A DNA stretch of 64,000 bases from Bacteroidota bacterium. GTDB taxonomy: Bacteria > Bacteroidota > Bacteroidia > AKYH767-A > 2013-40CM-41-45. Below the pieces are notes generated by a model that had not been told where the DNA came from, made no database searches, and saw nothing but the letters and a program-made list of their open reading frames with translations. A program made the translations under genes and the position numbers. Shown piece by piece: positions 39,929 to 48,742 of this stretch. The stretch spans positions 1,925 through 65,924 of the forward strand of contig JBMQEM010000097.1 in the NCBI GenBank assembly GCA_049363815.1. Direction: 5' to 3'. Every line of letters begins with the position of its first letter. The first letter of the stretch is position 1.

Positions 39929-40237
39929 TTATTGAGCATTAACAACTTTCCTCTCACGAATGAGAATTGCGTGTTCGCTATTGATCTTTTGTTGAATTAT
40001 AACCGGATTTTCCAGGCTCGTTTCATTCGTAAATTCCTGGTCAGAAACCTTTACAACCTCTATCGGTTCGTTGGCTCGTGCCTGTGAACTGGAAGGATTA
40101 GAAAAATTCATTATAACAAGCCCCAGAGCTGTCATTGATAATAATCCTGTACTGATCAACAGCACTGCTTTCATTGATATCCGTAGCTTTATTCGCGACT
40201 TCAATCCCGGTTTCTGCTTGTTCTTTGCTGGTTTCAC
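39929..40237 (-). CDS. Small hypothetical exported or membrane-anchored protein
   Basis: Basic N region, hydrophobic segment and ..SQARA site; 9 nt from the downstream gene. Confidence 0.65.
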   Translation of the reverse strand: MKPAKNKQKPGLKSRIKLRISMKAVLLISTGLLSMTALGLVIMNFSNPSSSQARANEPIEVVKVSDQEFTNETSLENPVIIQQKINSEHAILIRERKVVNAQ

Positions 40238-40411
40238 TTTTGATATATTTTTGGTTATATCGATTTACGATTTTACCTACCAAAAGTCATTTGCTAGTAG
40301 ATGGAGTTATTACAACTGTAAGAAAATGGAACTTTAAAGTATAATATGTTAAAAGAAGAATGAAAAAAGGTGTGTGAAGTTTGAAGAACAAAGTGTGTGG
40401 AGAATAAGCAT

Positions 40412-40443
40412 AAAAAAACGGAACTGAGCGAGCTCAATTCCGT
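40412..40443 (-). terminator. Intrinsic terminator after the sigma54 activator
   Basis: Minus strand acggaattgagc-tc-gctcagttccgt followed by T7, about 25 nt past the stop. Confidence 0.8.
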
Positions 40444-40468
40444 GGGTAGTTTCCTTAATCGTTTATCT

Positions 40469-41656
40469 TTATGAATTCACGAAGACCAGGTCTTCGGGAA
40501 GAATGGTATTGTTTTCAGACATGATCGCAGCTCTTTCGATGACCGCTTTTAATTCCCTGATATTACCGGGCCAGTTATATTCCAAAAGGAATTTTGTTGC
40601 CTCTTTGCTCAACTGGATGTTTGGCATTCTGTTTTCTTTGCAGAAATCTGCAAGGAAATTTTTTGAAAGCAGGACAACATCATCGCCTCTTTCCAAAAGA
40701 GTAGGTAAGTGGATCAGGAATCCTTGCAGACGATAGAATAGATCTTCTCTGAATCTTCCTTCTTTAACTTCTTGTACCAGGTTTTTATTTGTTGCAGCGA
40801 TTACGCGGACATCCAGTTTAATTGACTTATTACTTCCGATGCGGGTGACTTCTTTTTCCTGAAGTACTCTCAGGAGTTTTGTCTGCATCATCATATCCAT
40901 TTCACCGATCTCATCAAGAAAAATAGTTCCCTCGTTAGCCTCTTCAAATTTTCCTATCCTTCGGTCACGTGCATCTGTAAAGGCACCTTTCTCATGCCCG
41001 AACAATTCACTTTCAATAAGGTCTTCAGGAATGGCTCCCATATTAACTGTAACAAATGGCTTTTTTGCTCTTTGTGAATTATAATGGATTGCCCTTGATA
41101 CCAGTTCTTTTCCAGTTCCGCTTTGTCCGGTTACCAAAACCATGATATTGCTCTTCTCAACTTTCTGGATCAATCGAAGTACTTTTAATACCGGACTGCT
41201 ATTACCTAAAATGTTATTGTATTTATTACGGTCGATGACGATTTCTTTTAAAGCATCATTCTCCTGTTTCAGATATACGGTTTTACAAAGTGTCTTTACG
41301 GAATTTTCGAGATTTACTAAGGCATTATCATTCTTTATAATATAATCAGAAGCACCTTTTCTGTACGTGTCAATCACTACATCGATCTTTTCCTGACCGG
41401 AAACCATAACGCACTGAATATTGTCGTTATAATTTTTGATCTTTTCCATCAGTTCAATTCCATTCATTCCGGGAAGCATATAATCGATCGAAACGATATC
41501 GGGGTTCAGGTGTAAATTGCTTAAACAATCCTGAGGTGACATGAAATGTGTTACTTCGCAATTATCGAGTTTTTCCAAGGTCTTCTTGATCAAACTTCCC
41601 AGGAAGTGATCATCCTCTACTATAAATACTTTTATAAGTCCCATTGTTTTAAACAC
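40469..41656 (-). CDS. Sigma54-dependent response regulator (REC + AAA+), no C-terminal HTH
   Basis: REC (EDD, IDYMLP), Walker A GQSGTGKE, ESELFGHEKGAFTDA, Walker B FLDEIG, FREDLFYRL, WPGNIREL; stops at ILPEDLVFVNS. Probable ATG at 41644. Confidence 0.92.
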   Translation of the reverse strand: MFKTMGLIKVFIVEDDHFLGSLIKKTLEKLDNCEVTHFMSPQDCLSNLHLNPDIVSIDYMLPGMNGIELMEKIKNYNDNIQCVMVSGQEKIDVVIDTYRKGASDYIIKNDNALVNLENSVKTLCKTVYLKQENDALKEIVIDRNKYNNILGNSSPVLKVLRLIQKVEKSNIMVLVTGQSGTGKELVSRAIHYNSQRAKKPFVTVNMGAIPEDLIESELFGHEKGAFTDARDRRIGKFEEANEGTIFLDEIGEMDMMMQTKLLRVLQEKEVTRIGSNKSIKLDVRVIAATNKNLVQEVKEGRFREDLFYRLQGFLIHLPTLLERGDDVVLLSKNFLADFCKENRMPNIQLSKEATKFLLEYNWPGNIRELKAVIERAAIMSENNTILPEDLVFVNS

Positions 41657-41757
41657 TTTTATGTGAATCTTTTTATGCTATTGGAGACCTTTTTGTTGCG
41701 TTTAAGCCTTTTTAAAACGGTACATTTACTACCTTAATCTTACACTTTTATCTCCCT

Positions 41758-42909
41758 ATGAAAAGCAGGTTGATTTTAACAATTATCGTGATTTTCCTTG
41801 CTACACCTCTGTGGATGAGGATAGGATGGGAATTTTCGCCTAAACGAAAGCTAAACCTGCTCATCGTCGATAAGACGGTACTGAACTCCAATAGTTTCAA
41901 ACACCGCTCGATAAACTGGATCCTGGATTACGAAAAATACATCAAACCTGACGGTTCTTTCTACGATATCAACAACGACTATTTTGGTTTTTTCCCAAAA
42001 GAAGATGAAAGGTATCAGATTCATGATTTTGAAAAACTTGATGAACCCGAAGTGGATAGTATTTCTAAAGTATACAATCTTGCCTATTTCGCCGATACCT
42101 ACGGAGTCCTTGGAAATGAATGGTATTCGCACAGAGATATTAATGATAATTCAGAAAGTATTTATGGCGGATTAACAGAGAAGGATCTGCTCCTCATGAC
42201 AAAAATGAAGAGTAAAAATAAACCGGTCATTGCTGAATTCAATACCATTGGTTATCCGACACCGGTTGATATGCGGCGGCAGTTTGAAAAATTATGGGGC
42301 ATAGAATGGACAGGATGGATGGCAAGACATATTGCATCACTTGATACTCTAAATAATCCTGACCTTCCTAAATGGATAGTAAGGGCTTATAAAAAGGAGC
42401 ATAACGGTGTCTGGAATTTCAAGAAAGATGGAATGCTCTTCATCCATGAAACCGGCAAGGTGCTGGTGCTGGAAATGGGCAAAGAGTTAAATGACGCCAT
42501 CCCGAAGATCTATACGGATAAAGTGAATCAGGAAGCTTTTGATGTACCTGCAGTGATGATCTATCCGTACTGGATCGATATCATGGTAAATAAAAATGAT
42601 ACCAATAATGTCATTTCAAAATATGTACTGGGAACTAATCCTGCCGGAGAAGCTTTGCTCTCTGCAAATGGAATCCCAAAGATCTTTCCTGCGATCATTC
42701 ACAGAAATAAAGATTTTCAATTCTATTATTTCTGCGGTGACTTTGCCGATAATCCAACAAAGTTCCGTTTCGCTAAACTGTCAGGAATTACGACTCTGAA
42801 GTTTTTAATGTATAATGCAGTTGATGTGACAGATAGAAACAGATTTTTCTGGGAGTTTTACCTTCCGATGATGAAAAAGATCTTAAAGAAAAGTTATACT
42901 TCGATTTAA
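41758..42909 (+). CDS. Hypothetical membrane-anchored periplasmic protein (DKTV / ADTYGV motifs)
   Basis: 383-aa ORF with an N-terminal hydrophobic anchor; I cannot assign a family with confidence. Confidence 0.75.
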   Translation: MKSRLILTIIVIFLATPLWMRIGWEFSPKRKLNLLIVDKTVLNSNSFKHRSINWILDYEKYIKPDGSFYDINNDYFGFFPKEDERYQIHDFEKLDEPEVDSISKVYNLAYFADTYGVLGNEWYSHRDINDNSESIYGGLTEKDLLLMTKMKSKNKPVIAEFNTIGYPTPVDMRRQFEKLWGIEWTGWMARHIASLDTLNNPDLPKWIVRAYKKEHNGVWNFKKDGMLFIHETGKVLVLEMGKELNDAIPKIYTDKVNQEAFDVPAVMIYPYWIDIMVNKNDTNNVISKYVLGTNPAGEALLSANGIPKIFPAIIHRNKDFQFYYFCGDFADNPTKFRFAKLSGITTLKFLMYNAVDVTDRNRFFWEFYLPMMKKILKKSYTSI

Positions 42910-42925
42910 AAAATGAGATAAAATA

Positions 42926-42970
42926 AAAAATGAAGAATGATCAGTAGTTCATTCTTCATTCTTCATTTTT
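42926..42970. repeat. Heptamer palindrome (AATGAAG / CTTCATT) between convergent genes
   Basis: aaaaatgaagaatga-tcagtagt-tcattcttcattcttcattttt. Confidence 0.75.
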
Positions 42971-42983
42971 AATTTTGTATTTC

Positions 42984-44420
42984 CTAGCTCTTTTTAGCTG
43001 CTCTGGTAAATCCCTGTCTTTTCATTTCACCCCAGTTTTTAACTCCCGTCATAAGGTCAAGATTTCCTCTGATAGCATAATAAACGGTGAGTGGGTGAAT
43101 AAATAATGGTTCGATCAAAGCTGTACCAAGCAACCTGAGGATATCGCGTTTCTTTTTGTACTGATGGAAACTCAACTCTTCAAAGAGGATTGCTGCTGTG
43201 GAGTACATGATCGCAAAGGCATAGATCAATAAAAATAGTACGACAAACAATTCAACGTTCAGGATTCCCAAAAAAGCCATCATGATGAGGTAAAGGAATG
43301 CAGTCGTTTCTACGATAGGAGCCATGTATTCAAACAATAACCAGAATGGCATACTTACCATTCCAAGAAATTTGTACTTCGGATTAAAGATGAGCTTTTT
43401 ATGGATCCACAACGTCTCTGCTGTTCCTCTTGTCCAGCGATTTCTCTGCTTACTCAGGATCTTAAAATTGTTCGGTGCTTCTGTCCAGCAAAGGGGATCG
43501 GGAAGATACACTACACGATACTTTTCTTTCCGCTCTTCCATGTACCTCCGCATCCTGATCACCAGCTCCATATCTTCGCCAACTGTATTATGATTGTAAC
43601 CACCTGAATCAATTGCAATCTTCTTATCGAACATTCCAAACGCTCCTGAGATCAGAATCAGTCCATTTAACCTGCTCCAGGCCATCCGTCCCAGTAAAAA
43701 TGCACGGATATATTCAAGAACCTGTATGCGTGGGATAATTTCAGTAGGCAAATTTACTTTGGTGATCTTGCCTTCATTCACCTCACATGAGTTGGCGATA
43801 CGAACGACACCACCTACAGCAATTACTCTGTCGGTTTCTGTCTGCTCCATAAATGGTTTGACCATTTTAAGCAGCGATTCATACTCTAGAATACAGTCTA
43901 CGTCAATTGCGGCAAAGATTCCGTATCTGGAAATATTTATCCCGGAATTCAGTGCATCCGCTTTTCCGCCATTGACTTTGTCAACAACTGTCAGTTTACT
44001 TAATGATGGAATAGTGGATTTATAAACAGCCCGAATCGGTTTTGATGCTATCTTTTCTTCAAAGGCATATGGTACAGGTTCCAGATCATATGCCTTGATC
44101 ATCAATTCAAGTGTATTGTCCTTGGAGCCGTCATTGACGATGATCACTTCGAAATTCACATAGTGAATATTCAGTAATGACCTCACATTTTCAACAATGG
44201 TTTTTGATTCATTGTATGCCGGTGCAATAATGGAAATAGATGGAGCAGAAGGCGCAGCAAGAATATCACGATAGTCTATAAAGCTGTTCCGGCGCATGTA
44301 ATTGATAATATCAAATGCGGAAACAGTTGACAGGATAAAGTAGGTGCCAAACAAAATACAGCTGTAGACCAAAATAAAATGATCTGCAAACTTTGTAAAA
44401 TAATAGAAAAACAAACCCAT
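42984..44420 (-). CDS. Processive GT2 polysaccharide synthase (PgaC/IcaA-like topology)
   Basis: One N-terminal TM, PAYNE, VNDGSKD, KVNGGKADALN, DVD, SGAFGMF, VGED, QRNRW (QxxRW), then about 3 TMs. Confidence 0.9.
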   Translation of the reverse strand: MGLFFYYFTKFADHFILVYSCILFGTYFILSTVSAFDIINYMRRNSFIDYRDILAAPSAPSISIIAPAYNESKTIVENVRSLLNIHYVNFEVIIVNDGSKDNTLELMIKAYDLEPVPYAFEEKIASKPIRAVYKSTIPSLSKLTVVDKVNGGKADALNSGINISRYGIFAAIDVDCILEYESLLKMVKPFMEQTETDRVIAVGGVVRIANSCEVNEGKITKVNLPTEIIPRIQVLEYIRAFLLGRMAWSRLNGLILISGAFGMFDKKIAIDSGGYNHNTVGEDMELVIRMRRYMEERKEKYRVVYLPDPLCWTEAPNNFKILSKQRNRWTRGTAETLWIHKKLIFNPKYKFLGMVSMPFWLLFEYMAPIVETTAFLYLIMMAFLGILNVELFVVLFLLIYAFAIMYSTAAILFEELSFHQYKKKRDILRLLGTALIEPLFIHPLTVYYAIRGNLDLMTGVKNWGEMKRQGFTRAAKKS

Positions 44421-44423
44421 AGT

Positions 44424-45578
44424 TTATAACCTCCTGTCACGAGCGTGACGAATCATTAATTGTAGTTGCGGTCCGGATTGATTGAATATGGATTCAATCA
44501 CCTGTTCACCGTTTGTATGTATGGAAAGAAGGGAGCGGACTGCCTGGATGGAAACCAGGTAATCTTCAACCGGCTGACGAATGATCTTCTCCAGTACAGG
44601 AATTGACTTCGAGCTTCCAATTATTTCAAGCGTTTTTAATATTTCAGTCTTTAGTGTGAGATTTTCCAATGGGTAGATCTCCAGCAATGATTCTTCACCG
44701 TCTGTTGCACTTAACTCCCTTAATGCACGGATCACTGCTAATTTCAGACGCATATCCTGGCTCTTCAGCAGAACCAGCAATGTTTTAATTGATTCCCTTT
44801 GTCTGAAACGCCCTATCATTTGTATGCAGAAAATGACAACGTCTTTGTTAGTTGAATTCAACCAGAAACTAAAATCAGGGATCATCTTTTCCGGCATTTT
44901 GGTCAGCATGTTGTAGATGTTTGCTGAATCCCAGTCAGACAAGTGTTCTGTTTCCTTTGCAAGAAAGGCAAGCGGATCGGTGTCGCTTAATTTCATAAGC
45001 GCAATCCTTGTTTCCATCCTCAGGATCTCATTCTTGCTGTTCAGAAATCCGCTGATTTCATGATAACCGGATCTTACATTCATGATCGCCAGTTCTTTCA
45101 TGCCTTTGGCAATGATGTACCAGCGCTTGCTTTTTAATTTGACCATTGAATCTTTTTCAAACCCAAGGTATCTGTAAATTTCTTCCAATCGTTCTGCAGT
45201 TTCACCGGTGAAATTTTCATGCAGATGTATTATCTCATCAAGCAGGGTAGTGCGGTTGAAAGGGATTTTCAGATCCGCCTTGTCAACCATCGACAAAACT
45301 TTCTTCTCTGTCAATCCTTCATCAAATAACAACTCACGAAAAACCGGCTGATACTTTTTTAGAAGTTCTGTCTTTTTGTTCAGCCTTTTTGTCTTGTAAA
45401 TTCTGCTTCCCATTATCACACCCAAAAGAATGAGAATAATGATCATGAATAGAATGGTTACACCGATCAGGATCCTGATATGTACAGGAAAACTATAGAT
45501 AGATCGTCCTACCTCATCTACAGAATACTGCAGATCAGAAAAATTCATTTGAAGAAATATGGACGATAGAAATTGCAA
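44424..45578 (-). CDS. Single-TM protein with cytoplasmic HEAT/ARM-like repeats
   Basis: TM helix at about residues 33-57, then helical repeats (LLVLLKSQDMRLKLAVIRALREL, LKTLEIIGSSKSIPVL); 3 nt from the GT2 start. Confidence 0.8.
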   Translation of the reverse strand: MQFLSSIFLQMNFSDLQYSVDEVGRSIYSFPVHIRILIGVTILFMIIILILLGVIMGSRIYKTKRLNKKTELLKKYQPVFRELLFDEGLTEKKVLSMVDKADLKIPFNRTTLLDEIIHLHENFTGETAERLEEIYRYLGFEKDSMVKLKSKRWYIIAKGMKELAIMNVRSGYHEISGFLNSKNEILRMETRIALMKLSDTDPLAFLAKETEHLSDWDSANIYNMLTKMPEKMIPDFSFWLNSTNKDVVIFCIQMIGRFRQRESIKTLLVLLKSQDMRLKLAVIRALRELSATDGEESLLEIYPLENLTLKTEILKTLEIIGSSKSIPVLEKIIRQPVEDYLVSIQAVRSLLSIHTNGEQVIESIFNQSGPQLQLMIRHARDRRL

Positions 45579-45585
45579 ATTGATA

Positions 45586-46947
45586 TTAGTTGTTTAATTG
45601 TTTATTCAGTTCTTCGATCTGATTTTCAATAGAGATTCTTCTGGCATTCAGGAAGGACTTAAGCCCCGGAATAAAATTTCCCGGATCCAGCGGATCACCA
45701 ACAGTCGTATTTATGTTCGTGTCAAAATCGGTGTTTGAATACATTTTGTTGACATCGGCATAAACTGAGACCCGGATCCTTAAGCTTATACTGTCTATTT
45801 TCTGATTAATTACTTCTTCGCTGAAATGTTTCCGGAGAAGTTCATTCATGATTGCGAGATATCGTTTCTGAATGATCTTATTGTCGCCTAATGTTTTTTC
45901 CAGCAATGGGCGTGGCTGATGGTATGGAACTGAATCCGGCACAAGGATATTTAGGTTCTCCAGTTGACGCAAAGGCATAACCGGATTCCATGCAGCAAAA
46001 CTGTAGTTTCCATCTAAGGAGATCCATTGCCATTTAGAAGTTACTGTATCATGATAGAGAAAGAAGTTGTGCGGATAGAACATATTATACGCATCGATAT
46101 TGCCTATAATATTGTTGACAGCCCATGCTCTCAGGCATTTGTCAAGATTGAAAGCTGATTCCAGTTTTTTTGTATACTCTTCATTTGTGGCAACTGTATC
46201 GTTGATCAACCTGATGAATTTCACAAGATCTGTCCAGTCGTTCTTTTTGGTATTATTCTTCAGCACATATCGATTCCAGTATTTCATCGGTTCGTTTCCA
46301 AAATATACAAAGTTGGCTTGAGGTTCACCTTGAAATAAATTTCCTGCCGAACTATTGAACCGGGTTTCCAAAAACACCTTGTCAATACTTTCATTCACTA
46401 AATAGAGTCCCCAGTATTTATCATTCAGATAGACCTTAGCATAAGTAGCCCGGGGTGCCGGTAATCCTTCACTATTCAGAATGTCGAGGTACAGTTTCTC
46501 GCGCATCATGGAAGGATCTTTGAAATTATTGGTAAGGTTCAATTCTTCTATTCCGTGAAAATCCTGACCCTTGATGAACTTATTGAATTTTAATCTGAAT
46601 GGTTTTTTCTTTCCGGGATAAAAATCGTATGATGATTCACCTTTAAAACGCACACCGGTAGAGTAGAATTTTTTATTATCAATGATCACATTGGCCTGAA
46701 GATAATTATTCAACTCCAGTGAGTCCATCATCTTTTTGTTATAAGTGAGTGAATCCCAGAAACTGCATTGAGTAAAGTTGATTCGAATGACATGAATAGA
46801 ATCTTTCTCGAAAAAACTTTTTCCATAGTCTTTCTTCGAAGTTTTTTTCGTGCCCTCTTTTGCCTGAGCAAATACATCTGCCTGACTAAAAAGTGTCAGG
46901 AGCAGGGTGACTAGTATATATTTTCTTAGCATTTCTATGTGGATCAA
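45586..46947 (-). CDS. CotH-family secreted kinase
   Basis: Signal peptide (..VFA/Q), GVRFKGESS, KKPFRLKF, LNL.NNFKDPSMMRE, YWGLYL..ESID, NIDAY..HN, W.WISLDGNYSF. Probable ATG at 46932. Confidence 0.88.
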   Translation of the reverse strand: MIHIEMLRKYILVTLLLTLFSQADVFAQAKEGTKKTSKKDYGKSFFEKDSIHVIRINFTQCSFWDSLTYNKKMMDSLELNNYLQANVIIDNKKFYSTGVRFKGESSYDFYPGKKKPFRLKFNKFIKGQDFHGIEELNLTNNFKDPSMMREKLYLDILNSEGLPAPRATYAKVYLNDKYWGLYLVNESIDKVFLETRFNSSAGNLFQGEPQANFVYFGNEPMKYWNRYVLKNNTKKNDWTDLVKFIRLINDTVATNEEYTKKLESAFNLDKCLRAWAVNNIIGNIDAYNMFYPHNFFLYHDTVTSKWQWISLDGNYSFAAWNPVMPLRQLENLNILVPDSVPYHQPRPLLEKTLGDNKIIQKRYLAIMNELLRKHFSEEVINQKIDSISLRIRVSVYADVNKMYSNTDFDTNINTTVGDPLDPGNFIPGLKSFLNARRISIENQIEELNKQLNN

Positions 46948-48290
46948 AAAACTGTTTTAAGCGTGATACCTGTTATGACTCTTTTGGTATAAATTGTAGT
47001 TGCATCTTCTGCGTCACCACTAAGTCCTGTAGTTCTTAATGGCTCTCTTGATAAACCGCAATCAATTTTTATTACCCATCTTCCGAATGCACTTTTCTGT
47101 GCTTCAATTCCGGCAGAGTAGGAGCGGGTTTGAATTCCCTGCTCAAGTTTGGCAGATTCGTCCGGTGATTTACCACGGCTCAGTTTGATCCCAAGGTAAT
47201 TATCACCATCGCCGAAATATTTCCGGGCTGCAACAATCATCGTCAGTGATGTGTTTTTCAGAGAAGTTGATTGAAATGTCGAATCTGTTTTGGGATTGAT
47301 ATAAGCCCTGAAACTAAACCAGTAATCTTTGTAATAATTTCCTAAACTGGTTGTATAGAAAGATGAACTTGCTTTAAATGTCTGGTAACGGATCCCTGCT
47401 GAATATTCAAATCCGGCAGGAAGTTTAAAATAAAATTCCGCGCCATACTTTTCTTTCGGGAAAATGTCGTCGTATGCATAACCGACAAAAAGATTGGCAT
47501 AGATCTTCTTGGTAAAGTGCGCATAACTTTCTACTTCATACTGAAAGCCTCGCTTTTGAAATTTATTTGCCGTGTTGATCCTCATTGTAAGAGAACCAAA
47601 TGTAAAGTTCCTTCCAACCTGGGCTGAAAGAAATTCCTGTGGGTCTTTTCCGAATGAAAATTCATCGACAGAATAACTGGTCTGGAAATTATTGTTCAGA
47701 CGCTTGCCTTCAAGACTGTTCATCAATTGCAAGGCCTCCTTGTTTCCGGGATTAAAATCCAGGATTCTTCTCAATGTCAGGGCGGCATTTCCTTTATCAT
47801 CCAGTTTCATCTGGAGCTTTGCCTTTTTCAGAAGCAACTCCTCCGAGTTAGGATAATAGCTTAAAGCAATCTTTAAATAGTCATTAGCTACCTCATAATT
47901 CTCACTCCAGAATTCTACATCAAAAAGTGCACTCAAAGCCTCCTGATCGCTTTCTTTCTCGATCAATACACGGCTCAATTCCGTTCTTGCCATATCATAG
48001 TTTTTCTGCCACGTATAAGTCCTGGCTAAAAACGTACGTACATCATAATAATTTGGTTTTTTCTCAAGTATCTTCTGGCAAATTCTTCTGGCCTGAGTGT
48101 AGTTGTCATTGAAACTTAACTCTCGTGCTTTTTTGAAAAGCGCATCAAGATCTGTGGTATCAGTAACAATGACCAATGTGTCTGATGCCTTAGTCTGGGC
48201 TGAGCTCGTAAGGCTGAAACCGGACAGGGTCAAAATCAAAAAAATCAAAAAATGGTTGACTCTGAGCTGCATTTTCATTTTTGAATTCAA
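46944..48290 (-). CDS. TPR + YaiO-family outer-membrane beta-barrel
   Basis: Signal peptide (..SSA/Q), 3-4 TPR helix pairs, then an amphipathic beta-barrel (FQYEVESY, IFPKEKYGAEFY, SAGIRY) ending in Phe. Confidence 0.8.
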   Translation of the reverse strand: MNSKMKMQLRVNHFLIFLILTLSGFSLTSSAQTKASDTLVIVTDTTDLDALFKKARELSFNDNYTQARRICQKILEKKPNYYDVRTFLARTYTWQKNYDMARTELSRVLIEKESDQEALSALFDVEFWSENYEVANDYLKIALSYYPNSEELLLKKAKLQMKLDDKGNAALTLRRILDFNPGNKEALQLMNSLEGKRLNNNFQTSYSVDEFSFGKDPQEFLSAQVGRNFTFGSLTMRINTANKFQKRGFQYEVESYAHFTKKIYANLFVGYAYDDIFPKEKYGAEFYFKLPAGFEYSAGIRYQTFKASSSFYTTSLGNYYKDYWFSFRAYINPKTDSTFQSTSLKNTSLTMIVAARKYFGDGDNYLGIKLSRGKSPDESAKLEQGIQTRSYSAGIEAQKSAFGRWVIKIDCGLSREPLRTTGLSGDAEDATTIYTKRVITGITLKTVF

Positions 48291-48652
48291 TATGATTTCA
48301 TCAGAAGCCTCTTCACCCTGACGGAAAGTTCGTTCGGACTAAATGGTTTTGTGATGAAATCATCTGCTCCCAATTGAAATGCTTCCAATACAGTTTTTTC
48401 TAAACCAATTGATGAAACTATAATAATCGGAACTTTTATATTCAATTGTTTTCTTACCTGATGAACGATCTCCAGCCCGGTTAAATAGGGCATCATGATA
48501 TCGGTAATAATAATGTCGGGTCTCAACTTATCGATCTTTTCAATCGCCTCTTTTCCGTCCTTAGCAAGTATAACTTCATAGCCCTCTTTTTCAAGCTTGA
48601 ACTCTACCATTTTAAGGACCATTTCATCGTCTTCGCAAACTAAGACCTTCAT
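48287..48652 (-). CDS. Single-domain response regulator (REC only)
   Basis: CEDDE, IITDIMMP (phospho-Asp), FITKPF; 121 aa with no output domain. Confidence 0.93.
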   Translation of the reverse strand: MKVLVCEDDEMVLKMVEFKLEKEGYEVILAKDGKEAIEKIDKLRPDIIITDIMMPYLTGLEIVHQVRKQLNIKVPIIIVSSIGLEKTVLEAFQLGADDFITKPFSPNELSVRVKRLLMKSY

Positions 48653-48742
48653 TATTTTGTGTTTGTTTTAAAGCGGCTGCAAGATACTATTTTATCCCAC
48701 CAATTAAGAGAAAATAGACTCCTGAGAACTTGTTTTTTTACT

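Noticed and set aside
40238-40468. Frameshifted HTH domain of the sigma54 activator
   Set aside because: The sequence after the stop is a terminator plus AT-rich spacer, with no HTH-like peptide in any frame.
40180-41757. Sigma54 promoters next to the activator gene
   Set aside because: Only spacing-only or off-by-one matches were found (for example TGGAGACCTTTTTGT near 41682, and one inside the terminator). None has TGGCA plus correctly spaced TGC. Near-misses at ~3235 and ~59426 also fail.
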